Notes under the pieces: generated by a model
Databases searched by the model: none
The model's input: only the letters and a program-made list of their open reading frames with translations
What the model was told of the DNA's origin: nothing
In this document: in pieces, positions 49,658-59,606 of the stretch
Layout: each line of letters begins with the position of its first letter
How positions within the stretch are numbered: the first letter of the stretch is position 1
Source: an uncultured delta proteobacterium
GTDB taxonomy: Bacteria; Desulfobacterota; Binatia; UBA9968
Direction of reading: 5' to 3'
Length of the DNA stretch: 64,000 nt
Assembly (NCBI GenBank): GCA_963816145.1
Contig: CAWFJP010000003.1
Span: 839,848 to 903,847 of the forward strand
Made by a program: the position numbers and the translations under genes

Positions 49658-50677
49658 TTACCGTCGGGCGCCGAAATATTCCTCGAATTTTGACTGATAC
49701 TGCTTGAAAGTTGACGGCGCAAAGATTTTCACAGGGACGGGTGATAACTCTAAATCCACAGAGCTAAGCGGAGAAGTTGGGGGCATAACCCCAGGGCGAA
49801 TGACCGATTCGTTATTTTCGTAAAGTACCTTTTGTCCGTCATAGGAAAGTAAAAAATCAATCCAAAGTTTTGCCGCGTTAGGATGCGGTGGCTGAGCCGA
49901 CATGGCTACATTGTGTGCGTCAACAACGATGGGTTTCGTCGTTCTCACCCAGTTAATCGGAGCGCCAGTTGCCCTAATGACAGTGGTCCGCGTCGCGTAA
50001 CCCAGCCCCAAGGGGAACTCACCCGCAGCCAGAAGCTGCGCGATATTCTGCTGGCTTTTTTGCCATCGAACCCCTTGTTTAGCTAGCCCTGTCATCAGAC
50101 TACGAGTCTTCTCTTCGCCAAGATACGCTTCCATGCCTGCGAGCCAAGAAAACTCCTCTGGATCGATGCTAATCTTTTCACCTCTCCACTTTGAGTTTAA
50201 AAGATCACCCCAATCTCGCGGCGTATCCACTTTGGAAACTAAATTTGTATTGTACATGAGCACGTAGTGGTTGCCGACAATAGCCGACCAGAGGCATTGG
50301 GGATGGCGAAATGCGGCCGGAAACACCTTAGCTTCGGGCGAACAATAAGGTTTAATGAGGTTTAAAGGTTCAAGTAGTGGAACAGGCGATGCCGAGACCA
50401 CATCAAAGAGGATTTTCCCAGCTAACTTCTCGGTCTGTATTTTGTTTATGATCTGCTCCCCAGATGTCCGGGTAATATTGACCTTCAAAAACGGATATTT
50501 ATTCTCAAACGCCGAAGCCACTTTTCGCATTGTGGCGAGATTCTTACCTGTATAGTAAGAGACCTCACCCTCGTTTTTTGCAGCATGGATAGTAGCGGGG
50601 TCTTGGGCTCGCACGATTCTTGGCCCAAGAAACAAGAGGTGAGCGAAAAGAACTAACGTTACGATGTGCTTTGCCAT
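49658..50677 (-). CDS. Extracellular solute-binding protein (Fe3+/thiamine-type ABC family)
   Basis: AAKNEGEV, FENKYP, MYNT, PHPNAAKLWIDFLLS. Confidence 0.85.
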   Translation of the reverse strand: MAKHIVTLVLFAHLLFLGPRIVRAQDPATIHAAKNEGEVSYYTGKNLATMRKVASAFENKYPFLKVNITRTSGEQIINKIQTEKLAGKILFDVVSASPVPLLEPLNLIKPYCSPEAKVFPAAFRHPQCLWSAIVGNHYVLMYNTNLVSKVDTPRDWGDLLNSKWRGEKISIDPEEFSWLAGMEAYLGEEKTRSLMTGLAKQGVRWQKSQQNIAQLLAAGEFPLGLGYATRTTVIRATGAPINWVRTTKPIVVDAHNVAMSAQPPHPNAAKLWIDFLLSYDGQKVLYENNESVIRPGVMPPTSPLSSVDLELSPVPVKIFAPSTFKQYQSKFEEYFGARR

Positions 50678-50939
50678 TTTCGACTTCGTCCACCCTTTTC
50701 ATTTGGGGCCGCAATCCGTCGTAATACTTACAACACGGATAAACCACTGCGCGATATGACGTTTCGATAAAGGCGCCGACGCCACGAACAATAAAACTGG
50801 CCTGGACAATAGACTAGGTCGAAAGAGCAAGTCAAGGTTGTCGAAACTACCAGTTGTAGCAAAGTGAATCTGACAGGAGGGGTTAACAGCAATGTAATTG
50901 TGTCAGCGTGGTAGGACGACAACGTTGGACATACAAGTC

Positions 50940-51101
50940 GAGAACGGGTCGACGTCCGTCAACGAGTGTATCGCAGCGAGCTGCCGGTTTTTGAATCCGC
51001 TCAGTCACTGACTATCAGCGAACGGCCGTGTTACCGGCTCAAAGCCCGGGTGAACACGGCCGGAATCAAGGACGTGGCTCATGGCAACCGTGGACGGCCG
51101 C
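50940..51101 (+). pseudogene. ISNCY/IS1202-like transposase N-terminal remnant
   Basis: ERVDVRQRVYRSEL...ISERPCYRLKARV...AHGNRGRP HTH signature, then truncated. Confidence 0.5.
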
Positions 51102-51208
51102 GCTCGGGACCCCAACTAAGACTATCCCAATCAGAGCTCGGCGCTGTTGAATGCCATTCGAATCTCGGTCGTGACTAGACGCTGAATTAGCCAACAAAGC
51201 CCAACAAA

Positions 51209-51254
51209 AACAAGCCCCGAGCGCCTCTGTGAATGGAGGTTCTCGGGGCTTGTT
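51209..51254. terminator. Stem-loop, probable terminator downstream of the NRPS
   Basis: aacaagccccgag...ctcggggcttgtt with flanking A/T runs. Confidence 0.55.
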
Positions 51255-51453
51255 GCTTCTTGTAAGCGGACAAAAGGCGGACAGTCGGAACGTCGTCTAG
51301 GATTTGGTTGAAGGAAAAACCAAATCAGATCAATCTCAGCCTGCAGATGGAGGACATCGCCTGATTACCGACCCCGATCCAGCTTTATCTCTAACGCGGC
51401 TCGTCGTCGAGTCTCTCGGTAGATTGTACGCGGATAAACGCCTAAACGGCAAA

Positions 51454-54400
51454 CTACTTTTTGGTGGTTGTAGAATTAATTTCGCTCACAATCCCCTGAG
51501 CTTCAGCGTCCGACAGCGACGCTAATTCGTCTAGGATAGTCGCCAACTGGCTCTCGGCTAACATCGTCCCTTGATATGCGGTGATCACCGCGGCCATTTC
51601 GGCAATGGTCGGCGTCTCGAATAATCTGCGCAAGGGGAAGTCAATCTGGAACACAGTATTTACGCGCGAGACGACCTGAGTGGCGAGCAGTGAATGGCCG
51701 CCCAGGTGAAAGAAGTTGTCATGGATGCCGACCCCGTCGAGATTGAGAACCACGGCCCAGATGTTGGCGAGGATCTCCTCGACGGCAGTTCTCGGAGCTG
51801 CGAAGGTATCGTCTAGTTCTGGTCTGCTGTGATCCAGAGCCGGCAGTGCCTTGCGGTCTATCTTGCCGTTGGGGGTTAGTGGTAGGGACTCCAGGAACAC
51901 GAAGGCCGAAGGCACCATGTAGTCGGGCAGCTTGTGCTGGAGAAAGCTGCGCAGGTCATGGGTTGAAATCGTCGAGCCGTTAGTAGTGACAACGTAGGCG
52001 ACCAACCGCTTGTCACCTGGAGTGTCTTCACGAGCAAGGACAACCGCCTGTTGGATCGAGGGATGATGAGCCAGTACAGTTTCTATCTCGCCCAACTCGA
52101 TGCGGAAGCCCCGGATCTTGACTTGATTATCGATGCGGCCGAGGAATTCGATGTTGCCGTCGGGTAGGTAACGGGCCAGATCGCCGGTCTTGTAGAGTTT
52201 GGCGTAACCAATTTCTGGAAAGGGATTATCGATAAAAAGCGCTCGACTCTTCTCTTCATCGTTCAAGTATCCAAGCCCGAGGCAGATGCCAGAGATATAA
52301 AGCTCTCCTGGAAACCCGCCCGGAACAAGCTTTTTGTTTTTGTCCAGGACCAAAGCGTGGACATTCGAGATCGGCCTCCCAATGGGAATTCTACCGCCTT
52401 CTTTGCCGTTAACCTCGTAACAGATGCAGCCGATGGACGCCTCCGTTGGCCCGTACAGATTGACGACACGAACATCCGGGAATTGGGCCATGAAGGTATA
52501 GGTCGTTGAGGGAGTGATTTCCTCACCTCCAACGATAATGGTACGCAGGAATTTCAATTTCTCGCGCACCAATTGGTCGTCAACCAATTGAGGAACGATT
52601 GTATTGAAAACGGATGGGACAAAGTCCGTGATCGTAACTTCATTTTTGTGGATCAGGCCAGCCAGGTAACCCGCATCCGTTTCCCTACCCGGCGAGGGAA
52701 TAACCGTCTTCCCACCATTGATCAGCGGCCAGAAGAGCTGCCAGACCGCGCTGTCGTACACGTGATGTGTGGTTTGCAAGGCCGCCGCTGCTGTCGGTGA
52801 CCCGAAAAATTCGTTCATCCACAAGAATCGATTGGTAATCCCCCGATGAGGAACAACGGCTCCTTTGGGCTTTCCGGTCGAGCCTGATGTATAGATGACG
52901 TAAATGGACTCTCTCGCATCCACGTTAATATTTGGATTAGCCGCCGGCGAGGGGATATCAGTTCGTCCACTCACGGTGAGAAAGGAACAGCCTAACGCCT
53001 TTTCACCATAAGGCGTCTTCTGGTTTACAAGAATAAAGTCGCTCTTCAGATCGTCCAGAATCTGCTTGATTCTCGCGTCGGGCCACTCGATATGCAGCGG
53101 CACAAAGGCGGCCCCGGATTTCATGATGGCGAGCATCGCGATCACCACCTCGATGCTCCGATCCATCAAAAAGGGGACGTATGAACCTGGGCCGACTCCT
53201 CGATCAGCAAGCAAGAGGGCGAGCCGATTCGCCGCCGCATTCAGTTCCCGGTAGGTCAATCGGTGCGCCTCAAATACGACCGCCACCACGTCCGGTGTTC
53301 GCTCCGCATGAGCCTCGAAGAGCTGATGGATGCGTTGATCCGTCGGATATCCTCGTGTCGTGTCGTTCCACTCCACCAAGAGTTGATGCTTCTCAGCTGC
53401 AGTAAGAATAGGTAGTTCCGAAATGTGCTGGTCAGGATCAGCGACAATACCTTCAACCAAAGTCTGAAAATGGCCCAGCATCTTTTTAATGGTGACCTCG
53501 TTGAAGAGATCCGTTTTGTACTGTAATGAACCTCTCAGTCCTTCCGCCTCGTCGCTCATTGTCAGCGTGAGTTCAAACTTCGTCGTCTCAGTTTCGGCTG
53601 TAAATGGTCGAAGCGTCAGACCTGCAAACTCAATTAATGAAGCCGGTGCATTCTGCAGCACAAACATCACCTGGAATAGTGGCGAGTGGCTGAAGCTTCG
53701 CTTTGGCTGCAATTCCTCCACCAGTTTCTCAAACGGTAGATCCTGGTGAGCGTAGGCGCCCAGAGCAACTTCCCGCACGCGCCTCAGCAGCTCCCGAAAC
53801 GTAGGATCGCCGGACAGATCAGATCGCATCACTAGCGTGTTGACAAAAAAGCCGATCAGACTCTCCGTCTCTTGGAGGTTGCGATTGGCAATCGGAGAGC
53901 CCACCACGATGTTGTCCTGTCCCGTGTAGCGATGGAGCAGGGTTTGAAACGCGGCCAAAAGCGTCATGTACAGCGTTACTGCATGACTACCGCTAAGCGC
54001 TTTGAGGGCCAGGGTCAGTTCCTTGGATATCTCGATGGATTGGCTTGCCCCACGATAACTCTGCACCGCAGGCCAGGGCCGATCGGTGGGTAGATTAATT
54101 ACAGATGGAATATCTTGAAGCTGCTTTCTCCAATAGGCTAGTTGGCCCTCCAAAACCTCTCCTTGCAACCAATTCCGTTGCCATACACCAAAGTCGGCAT
54201 ACTGGATCGGAAGGTCCGTAAGCAGCGACGGATTGCCCTTAGAGAAAGCCTCGTAAAGAATCGCTAGCTCTCCCAAAAGCACATTGTCAGACCAGCCATC
54301 GAAAACCATGTGATGAGTGACAAATAACAAAAGGTGATTTTGTCCGCCTAGTCGATATAGACAGGTCCGCAACAAAGCTCCTCGAGCCAAATCGAAAGGT

Positions 54401-56580
54401 TTTTGCGACTCCCTGATGGCTTGACGGAGAGCTTCAGACTCTCGCTCACCGTAAGGCAGTTTACTTAAGTCGATTAACGGCAAATCTACGTTACGATTCG
54501 GAGCAATGACTTGAACCGGTTCGCCATCGATGACCTGGAAATTTGTGCGCAATACTTCGTGACGACGCACAATCTCATTGAGGCATTGCTCGATAGCTTG
54601 TGTCTGGAGTTTACCGGTTATGCGCAGGGCTAGAGGGCGGTGGTAAACGATGCTTGCCGGTTCTAGCTGACTTAGAAACCATAACCGCTGCTGGGCAAAC
54701 GAGAGAGGCAGCTTTTCGTTCCTTGAAACCGGCTGTATGGGTGAGGCTTCCAGCGGCGGCTTTGTCCGACGGGTCCTTTCAATGTAATCAGCGAGATCAG
54801 CCAGCCTGGGGTTCGCAAAAAAACTCAGGATCGACAACTCCGTTTGCATGGACTCTCGTACTCGAGAGATTACCTGCGTTGCGCGGATCGAGTCTCCGCC
54901 CAAATTGAAAAAATTGTCGTGGATGCCAATATGCTCGACTCTCAAAACTTTCGACCAGATGGCGGACAAAGTCTTTTCTACTTGAGTCTGCGGCGGAACG
55001 AACTCGTGAATCGCCTGCTCTGAAAGAAGCGCGCCAAACTTTTCCGCCATGCCAACTCGCTGGGGTTTGCCGGTAGCGCTCGTGGGAATTTTATCGACGA
55101 ATAGGATTCGCTTCGGTATCTTGAATTCCGTTAGGTGAGCGGCAACGAACGACTGTAGCTCACCTTCGGTCACCGCGGAATTGTTCCGCAGCACTACTGC
55201 AGCTGCGACATCTTCGCCGAGGGTCTCGTGTGGCATCGCAAAAGTGATGGCTTCGGCGACGGCCGGATGGCGCAAAATGACCTCTTCGACTTCGCGCGGC
55301 GCAATCTTTTCTCCACCCCGATTGATGAGTTCCTTTAGTCGCCCGGTGATGAACAGATAACCGTCTTTATCGAGATGCCCCTGGTCTCCCGTCCTAAACC
55401 AACCCCGCGTGAATGCTAAGGCATTGGCCTCACTATTGTTTTCGTAACCGTGCATGACGTTGGCACCACGAATCACGATCTCGCCAATTTTACCGGGGGA
55501 TAAGAGTTGACCGGTTTCATCCATGATGGACACTTTTGGGCCAGCCGCTAGACCCACCGATCCAATCTTACGCTGAGCAGGCGGCAACGGATTGCTGGCC
55601 ATCTGATGCGCCGCCTCGGTCATTCCGTATGACTCAATAACGGGCACCTCAAACAGCTCTTCCAGTCCCTGCATCACTGGCGCGGGTAGCGCCGAAGATG
55701 AAGAACGGACGAATCTGAGCGAATGCTTTCTAACCAGCTTAGGAATTGCCTGCGCGCGTGCGAGTACCGCGTGATGAATCGTGGGAACGGCGGTGTACCA
55801 TGTCGGACGAAACGCGTCTAACCATGGGAAAAACTGTTCTACGTCGAAGCCCGATGTGCAGATTACGCTGGCACCTGACATCACCGATGAAAGTAGTCCG
55901 CCCACAAGCCCATGAATGTGAAACAATGGCATAACGTTGAGGCAGCGATCCAGTTCGCAGAGCCCCAAGGTGGCGGCAATATTGTCGGCTGAAGCCAAAA
56001 GGTTTGCATGGGTCAAGGGGACTATCTTGGGGCGGGAAGTCGTCCCTGAGGTATGTAAGATCAGCGCAATATCGTTTGCGTCGGGAAAGGCAACATCTGA
56101 TGAATTACGTGACCGCTCGTTATTTCTTAAAGTAAAGATACCGGCGGAGGCCTCAGGTTCGGGTAACAACTCGATAGTCGAAATCCCGTACTTTTCAGCG
56201 ACGGCGACCGCCGAACCGCTCATACCCGACTGGACAATCACGGCTTTTGGATTGATGGCGGATAGATAAAAATCAAATTCGTTTTCACGATAGGCTGGAT
56301 TAAGCGGAATGCTCGTTGCCAAACTTGAAATTGCCAGAAAAGCTGTGGCCAGATCGGGACCTGCGGGAAGCACGACGGCAATTCGGTCACGGCAGGTAAT
56401 TCCATTCGACTTGAATGATTCAAGCGTTTGATCCACCTGAAAGAGCAGTTGACGATATGTGAGAGGACGACGCCCGGGTGCGACGATAGCGATGGCTTCA
56501 CCATTTTGCTCGGCACGAGTCCTAAGCAGACCGTAAATCGTATTGGTTTCCTTTTCCCGCATTGAAGTGACGTTTTTCAT
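51454..56580 (-). CDS. Non-ribosomal peptide synthetase A(acyl-CoA ligase-like)-T-C-A-T
   Basis: HTSGTTSRPK, YGMTE, GGDS; C domain HHMVFDG; YTSGSTGKPKG, NLYGPTE, GGHS; COM-like tail; no TE domain. Confidence 0.9.
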   Translation of the reverse strand: MKNVTSMREKETNTIYGLLRTRAEQNGEAIAIVAPGRRPLTYRQLLFQVDQTLESFKSNGITCRDRIAVVLPAGPDLATAFLAISSLATSIPLNPAYRENEFDFYLSAINPKAVIVQSGMSGSAVAVAEKYGISTIELLPEPEASAGIFTLRNNERSRNSSDVAFPDANDIALILHTSGTTSRPKIVPLTHANLLASADNIAATLGLCELDRCLNVMPLFHIHGLVGGLLSSVMSGASVICTSGFDVEQFFPWLDAFRPTWYTAVPTIHHAVLARAQAIPKLVRKHSLRFVRSSSSALPAPVMQGLEELFEVPVIESYGMTEAAHQMASNPLPPAQRKIGSVGLAAGPKVSIMDETGQLLSPGKIGEIVIRGANVMHGYENNSEANALAFTRGWFRTGDQGHLDKDGYLFITGRLKELINRGGEKIAPREVEEVILRHPAVAEAITFAMPHETLGEDVAAAVVLRNNSAVTEGELQSFVAAHLTEFKIPKRILFVDKIPTSATGKPQRVGMAEKFGALLSEQAIHEFVPPQTQVEKTLSAIWSKVLRVEHIGIHDNFFNLGGDSIRATQVISRVRESMQTELSILSFFANPRLADLADYIERTRRTKPPLEASPIQPVSRNEKLPLSFAQQRLWFLSQLEPASIVYHRPLALRITGKLQTQAIEQCLNEIVRRHEVLRTNFQVIDGEPVQVIAPNRNVDLPLIDLSKLPYGERESEALRQAIRESQKPFDLARGALLRTCLYRLGGQNHLLLFVTHHMVFDGWSDNVLLGELAILYEAFSKGNPSLLTDLPIQYADFGVWQRNWLQGEVLEGQLAYWRKQLQDIPSVINLPTDRPWPAVQSYRGASQSIEISKELTLALKALSGSHAVTLYMTLLAAFQTLLHRYTGQDNIVVGSPIANRNLQETESLIGFFVNTLVMRSDLSGDPTFRELLRRVREVALGAYAHQDLPFEKLVEELQPKRSFSHSPLFQVMFVLQNAPASLIEFAGLTLRPFTAETETTKFELTLTMSDEAEGLRGSLQYKTDLFNEVTIKKMLGHFQTLVEGIVADPDQHISELPILTAAEKHQLLVEWNDTTRGYPTDQRIHQLFEAHAERTPDVVAVVFEAHRLTYRELNAAANRLALLLADRGVGPGSYVPFLMDRSIEVVIAMLAIMKSGAAFVPLHIEWPDARIKQILDDLKSDFILVNQKTPYGEKALGCSFLTVSGRTDIPSPAANPNINVDARESIYVIYTSGSTGKPKGAVVPHRGITNRFLWMNEFFGSPTAAAALQTTHHVYDSAVWQLFWPLINGGKTVIPSPGRETDAGYLAGLIHKNEVTITDFVPSVFNTIVPQLVDDQLVREKLKFLRTIIVGGEEITPSTTYTFMAQFPDVRVVNLYGPTEASIGCICYEVNGKEGGRIPIGRPISNVHALVLDKNKKLVPGGFPGELYISGICLGLGYLNDEEKSRALFIDNPFPEIGYAKLYKTGDLARYLPDGNIEFLGRIDNQVKIRGFRIELGEIETVLAHHPSIQQAVVLAREDTPGDKRLVAYVVTTNGSTISTHDLRSFLQHKLPDYMVPSAFVFLESLPLTPNGKIDRKALPALDHSRPELDDTFAAPRTAVEEILANIWAVVLNLDGVGIHDNFFHLGGHSLLATQVVSRVNTVFQIDFPLRRLFETPTIAEMAAVITAYQGTMLAESQLATILDELASLSDAEAQGIVSEINSTTTKK

Positions 56581-56757
56581 CCAGATCACCAATAAGTATG
56601 GGTTGAAGGCCGGAACCCAAAAGTGGAAAGCTCCTTGCTGCAAGCCAACCGCAAACTTCGGTTTGCTTCACCCCTCGCAGGAACGAGCCGAATTTGTTCT
56701 TGAACGATAGTGATTTCTCCTAATTTGTTTAATTAAATCTGAAGGTGATAACAGCAT

Positions 56758-57201
56758 TCAAAAGACCCTGTTTGATGGCCTCAAATCGAATACGACCAAG
56801 CTGTCGTTGTGAAGGACACAAAGGAACTTCGAGCGAAGGTAGCGATCTAAGCCCTGATAGTAGTCGAGCCACCAGAAGGCTGGCCATCCAAATACGAGGA
56901 AGCTCGCCCCCGTTATTCTCAAGCGCTCAAATTCCCGAATCGCCGTAGCATCAGCAGGTGGAAGGCCCCAATACTGCCCATCTCTTTCCATAAAAGGTAT
57001 GGTACGGCGGCTTTTATATCCCAGCTGCTCTTGATCGACCAAGATCAGACGATCTCCTGGCGGGATCAGCGAATCAAGCTCCCTACTCGCCTTCTCCAGT
57101 TTTTCTTTCCAATGTTTATTTTGAAGCTGTTTCTTGGAAGCTTCCTTATAGGGGGTTACAGGCTCTCGAGGACTCGTTGAGCTACTCATGTGCCTTGGCA
57201 T
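56758..57201 (-). CDS. Hypothetical protein (stand-alone WPAFWWLDYY domain, possibly a fragment)
   Basis: YWGLPPADATAIREFERLR...FGWPAFWWLDYY resembles a domain usually fused to glycosyl/methyltransferases. Confidence 0.55.
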   Translation of the reverse strand: MPRHMSSSTSPREPVTPYKEASKKQLQNKHWKEKLEKASRELDSLIPPGDRLILVDQEQLGYKSRRTIPFMERDGQYWGLPPADATAIREFERLRITGASFLVFGWPAFWWLDYYQGLDRYLRSKFLCVLHNDSLVVFDLRPSNRVF

Positions 57202-57780
57202 TGGAAGAATTTTAGTAACGCATGAACCAATAATTCTTAAATTTCACAAGCGCGCTCTTGCGAACGCTTAGACCATTGGCAAGCACGCTGATGTGGATAG
57301 TAAAGTTAAAGTAGGCAGTCTATGTCAATCGTTCGCTACGCAATTTCATGATAATTTACAAAGACTTGTCACTTCAGAAGTCATTTTGTAACAATTGGAA
57401 AAAAAAGTTATAAAAAGGAACAATTGGAAATATTTACACAGATATCGCTCTTTAACGGTGCCAGCCGAGTAAGAATCAATGTTTTAACTTTGCCCATCCA
57501 GGTGGCGTGACCGATTGGCCCCGGACCCCGGTGGCGTATATCTTCGCCAAGTGAGATTGAGAAACTGTCCTCTTCCCCACGATTCGGAATCTCCACCGTT
57601 TTCCAGAATGGAATTATTGTGTCCCCGGACATTGCGAACGACGTGCTGACCGTAACTTTAAACTTCTTTCGACAATTTTCTGGCTCAACCGCTGAGTTAG
57701 TCACTTCCTATTTATTTAAAACGCCAGAGTCGGCGAAGTTCGGCATCGTGCCGTATCCAATGAGATCCATGACCTTGCCA

Positions 57781-57927
57781 TCAGTTGATTACGATGACAT
57801 TAGGTTCCGCTAGCCGCGCGCTGAGTGCGACAATTTCATCTTTGACCCGTTCATCGTGGGTTCGGTGGTACTCTCTCACCAGTTCGTCGATACGATGCTC
57901 TATCTGTTCGCGGATTTCGTTGTCCAC
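57781..57927 (-). CDS. 48-aa helical microprotein (not in ORF track)
   Basis: RBS agggag; MDNEIREQIEHRIDELVREYHRTHDERVKDEIVALSARL... Confidence 0.5.
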   Translation of the reverse strand: MDNEIREQIEHRIDELVREYHRTHDERVKDEIVALSARLAEPNVIVIN

Positions 57928-58468
57928 ACTCGCTCCCTGGCTGGAAATGGCGCACCTATATCGCTGTGGCCGTTACCGTGTCAAGGCGTTTGAGAGTGAA
58001 TACGACGCGGGGAGATCCGAGTCTGGTTGCCGCCAACAATCTCACAGCCTATCCCGCTTCAACACCTTCCGCCCAATCTCGATGGTAAGCAGAATCATCA
58101 CAAGAATCACGAGCACGCACACCCACGGCCCGAAGAAGGCGCTAACATAACCGAGTGCGCCGCCTACGATCATCGCAGCCAACAAGAAAAGCTCGAAAAC
58201 TTTACCCGGTACGACATACCGCGCGTCTCTACCGTAGGCCAAGCAGGGAAAGCAATCTTCGCCGCATCATGCTGGCGGAATTTCGGCTTGCCGACTTGCT
58301 GAAACGATTCTAGGCAGCCACTGCACCAGCCACGGTGCGCGAGTGCGCGTTTTTCTTGTCCGTATCACTGCCCACGCCATTCGATAGCCGCAGCGAATGC
58401 ATCGACCGTTAACGGCCTGTAGCGCAGGGTTCTCAGCGGTGCGGCAGTTGGCAGCGCTGCGGGACTGC

Positions 58469-58627
58469 TCAGATGACGTTAGACACGATGAGCACGGTGC
58501 GTACGATGGCAACAATCGAGGCGCAGAACATGACGGCAACTATGACCAGGAGAATTACTTCGAGACTGCTGTTAATCATACCGAGTAAACCCTGAACTCT
58601 CTCATCGTTTCTCAACTGTGCCAGCAT
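58469..58627 (-). CDS. 52-aa membrane microprotein, degenerate Flp pilin-like (not in ORF track)
   Basis: RBS aggaggtg; MLAQLRNDERVQGL... plus hydrophobic helix; directly downstream of the Flp pilin. Confidence 0.5.
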   Translation of the reverse strand: MLAQLRNDERVQGLLGMINSSLEVILLVIVAVMFCASIVAIVRTVLIVSNVI

Positions 58628-58667
58628 GCTCACCTCCTGGAGTATAGTCCCGTTCTGCCGATGTTAC

Positions 58668-58856
58668 CTAAGCTGTACACGAGAAAGGTCCATTCACGCA
58701 GGCCTGCACTTTAGACCATCCGTTTTGTAGACTGATGCCAATATTCGTATCTCTAACTCCCAGCCAGAAAACCAACGCCACCAATAGAACGATAAACGTA
58801 TACTCTACTAATCCCTGCCCGTCTTCTTCGGTACACAACCGTTTTACTAATTTCAT
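58668..58856 (-). CDS. Flp/Fap family type IVb pilin
   Basis: EEDGQGLVEY plus hydrophobic helix; RBS aggaggaagg. Confidence 0.8.
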   Translation of the reverse strand: MKLVKRLCTEEDGQGLVEYTFIVLLVALVFWLGVRDTNIGISLQNGWSKVQACVNGPFSCTA

Positions 58857-58943
58857 TTGCCTTCCTCCTGTTTGATCATTGTTGTTTGCGATCTACCACA
58901 CACGCAAGCCATTGCCAGAATAGGACTTTGTGGAAACGTTATA

Positions 58944-58958
58944 GCAAGAGGAGTGCCC
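58944..58958 (-). promoter_or_regulatory. Sigma-54 promoter candidate for the pilin
   Basis: Minus strand GGCACTCCTCTTGC = GG-N10-GC. Confidence 0.5.
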
Positions 58959-59500
58959 GAGGTAATTTCCAGAAATTGCGCAGTTTTTTAAGTGAATACG
59001 TCGCAAGCGAGAGCGGTAGCTGGTCTGATTTGGCAATCCGGTGACAAATTGACAAAGGGCTTGTCACTGTCTGCTTGCCTAATCTCTATATCGGATGACT
59101 TTGTGATGGGGTTTGGGGGGGAGCTTTCCCGCGGCACCATCCAGTCTGAAATCGCAGCGATTAGCGGGGGTTACGCTGTCAATAATTCATAAGCGTTGAT
59201 GGGACGGTCACCATTGGAATGCGGCGGCTGGTTCACCACAATCCAAAAATCGTCGCGGCATTTGGGACAGGTTCGGGCTATATACCAGGGCATGGTGGCG
59301 GACACATATCGCAGGGGGCACCGGCGAGTCAACTTGCGGTATAAGACTGTATGAGAATTTAGTTCAATTCTACGCGCTGCAATTGGCAAGCAAAAATGGC
59401 ATGCCGAAGTGCACCAACGTTCCTAATCCTCGTGAGATACCTGTGAAGAGCGTAGTTGCGATCATGGGTCCGAGTTTTTGTACAGTAGACAAATGGCGAC

Positions 59501-59515
59501 TGGCACATTGCTTGC
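59501..59515 (+). promoter_or_regulatory. Sigma-54 promoter candidate for the amidinotransferase
   Basis: TGGCACATTGCTTGC, close consensus match. Confidence 0.55.
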
Positions 59516-59606
59516 TCGATAGACTCTTGAGGACGATCAAGTAGGGCAAAATGACTAGGGAGAGAGATTAATAATTGAGTAACTTTTACTCGCGTCTCGG
59601 TCGGCA

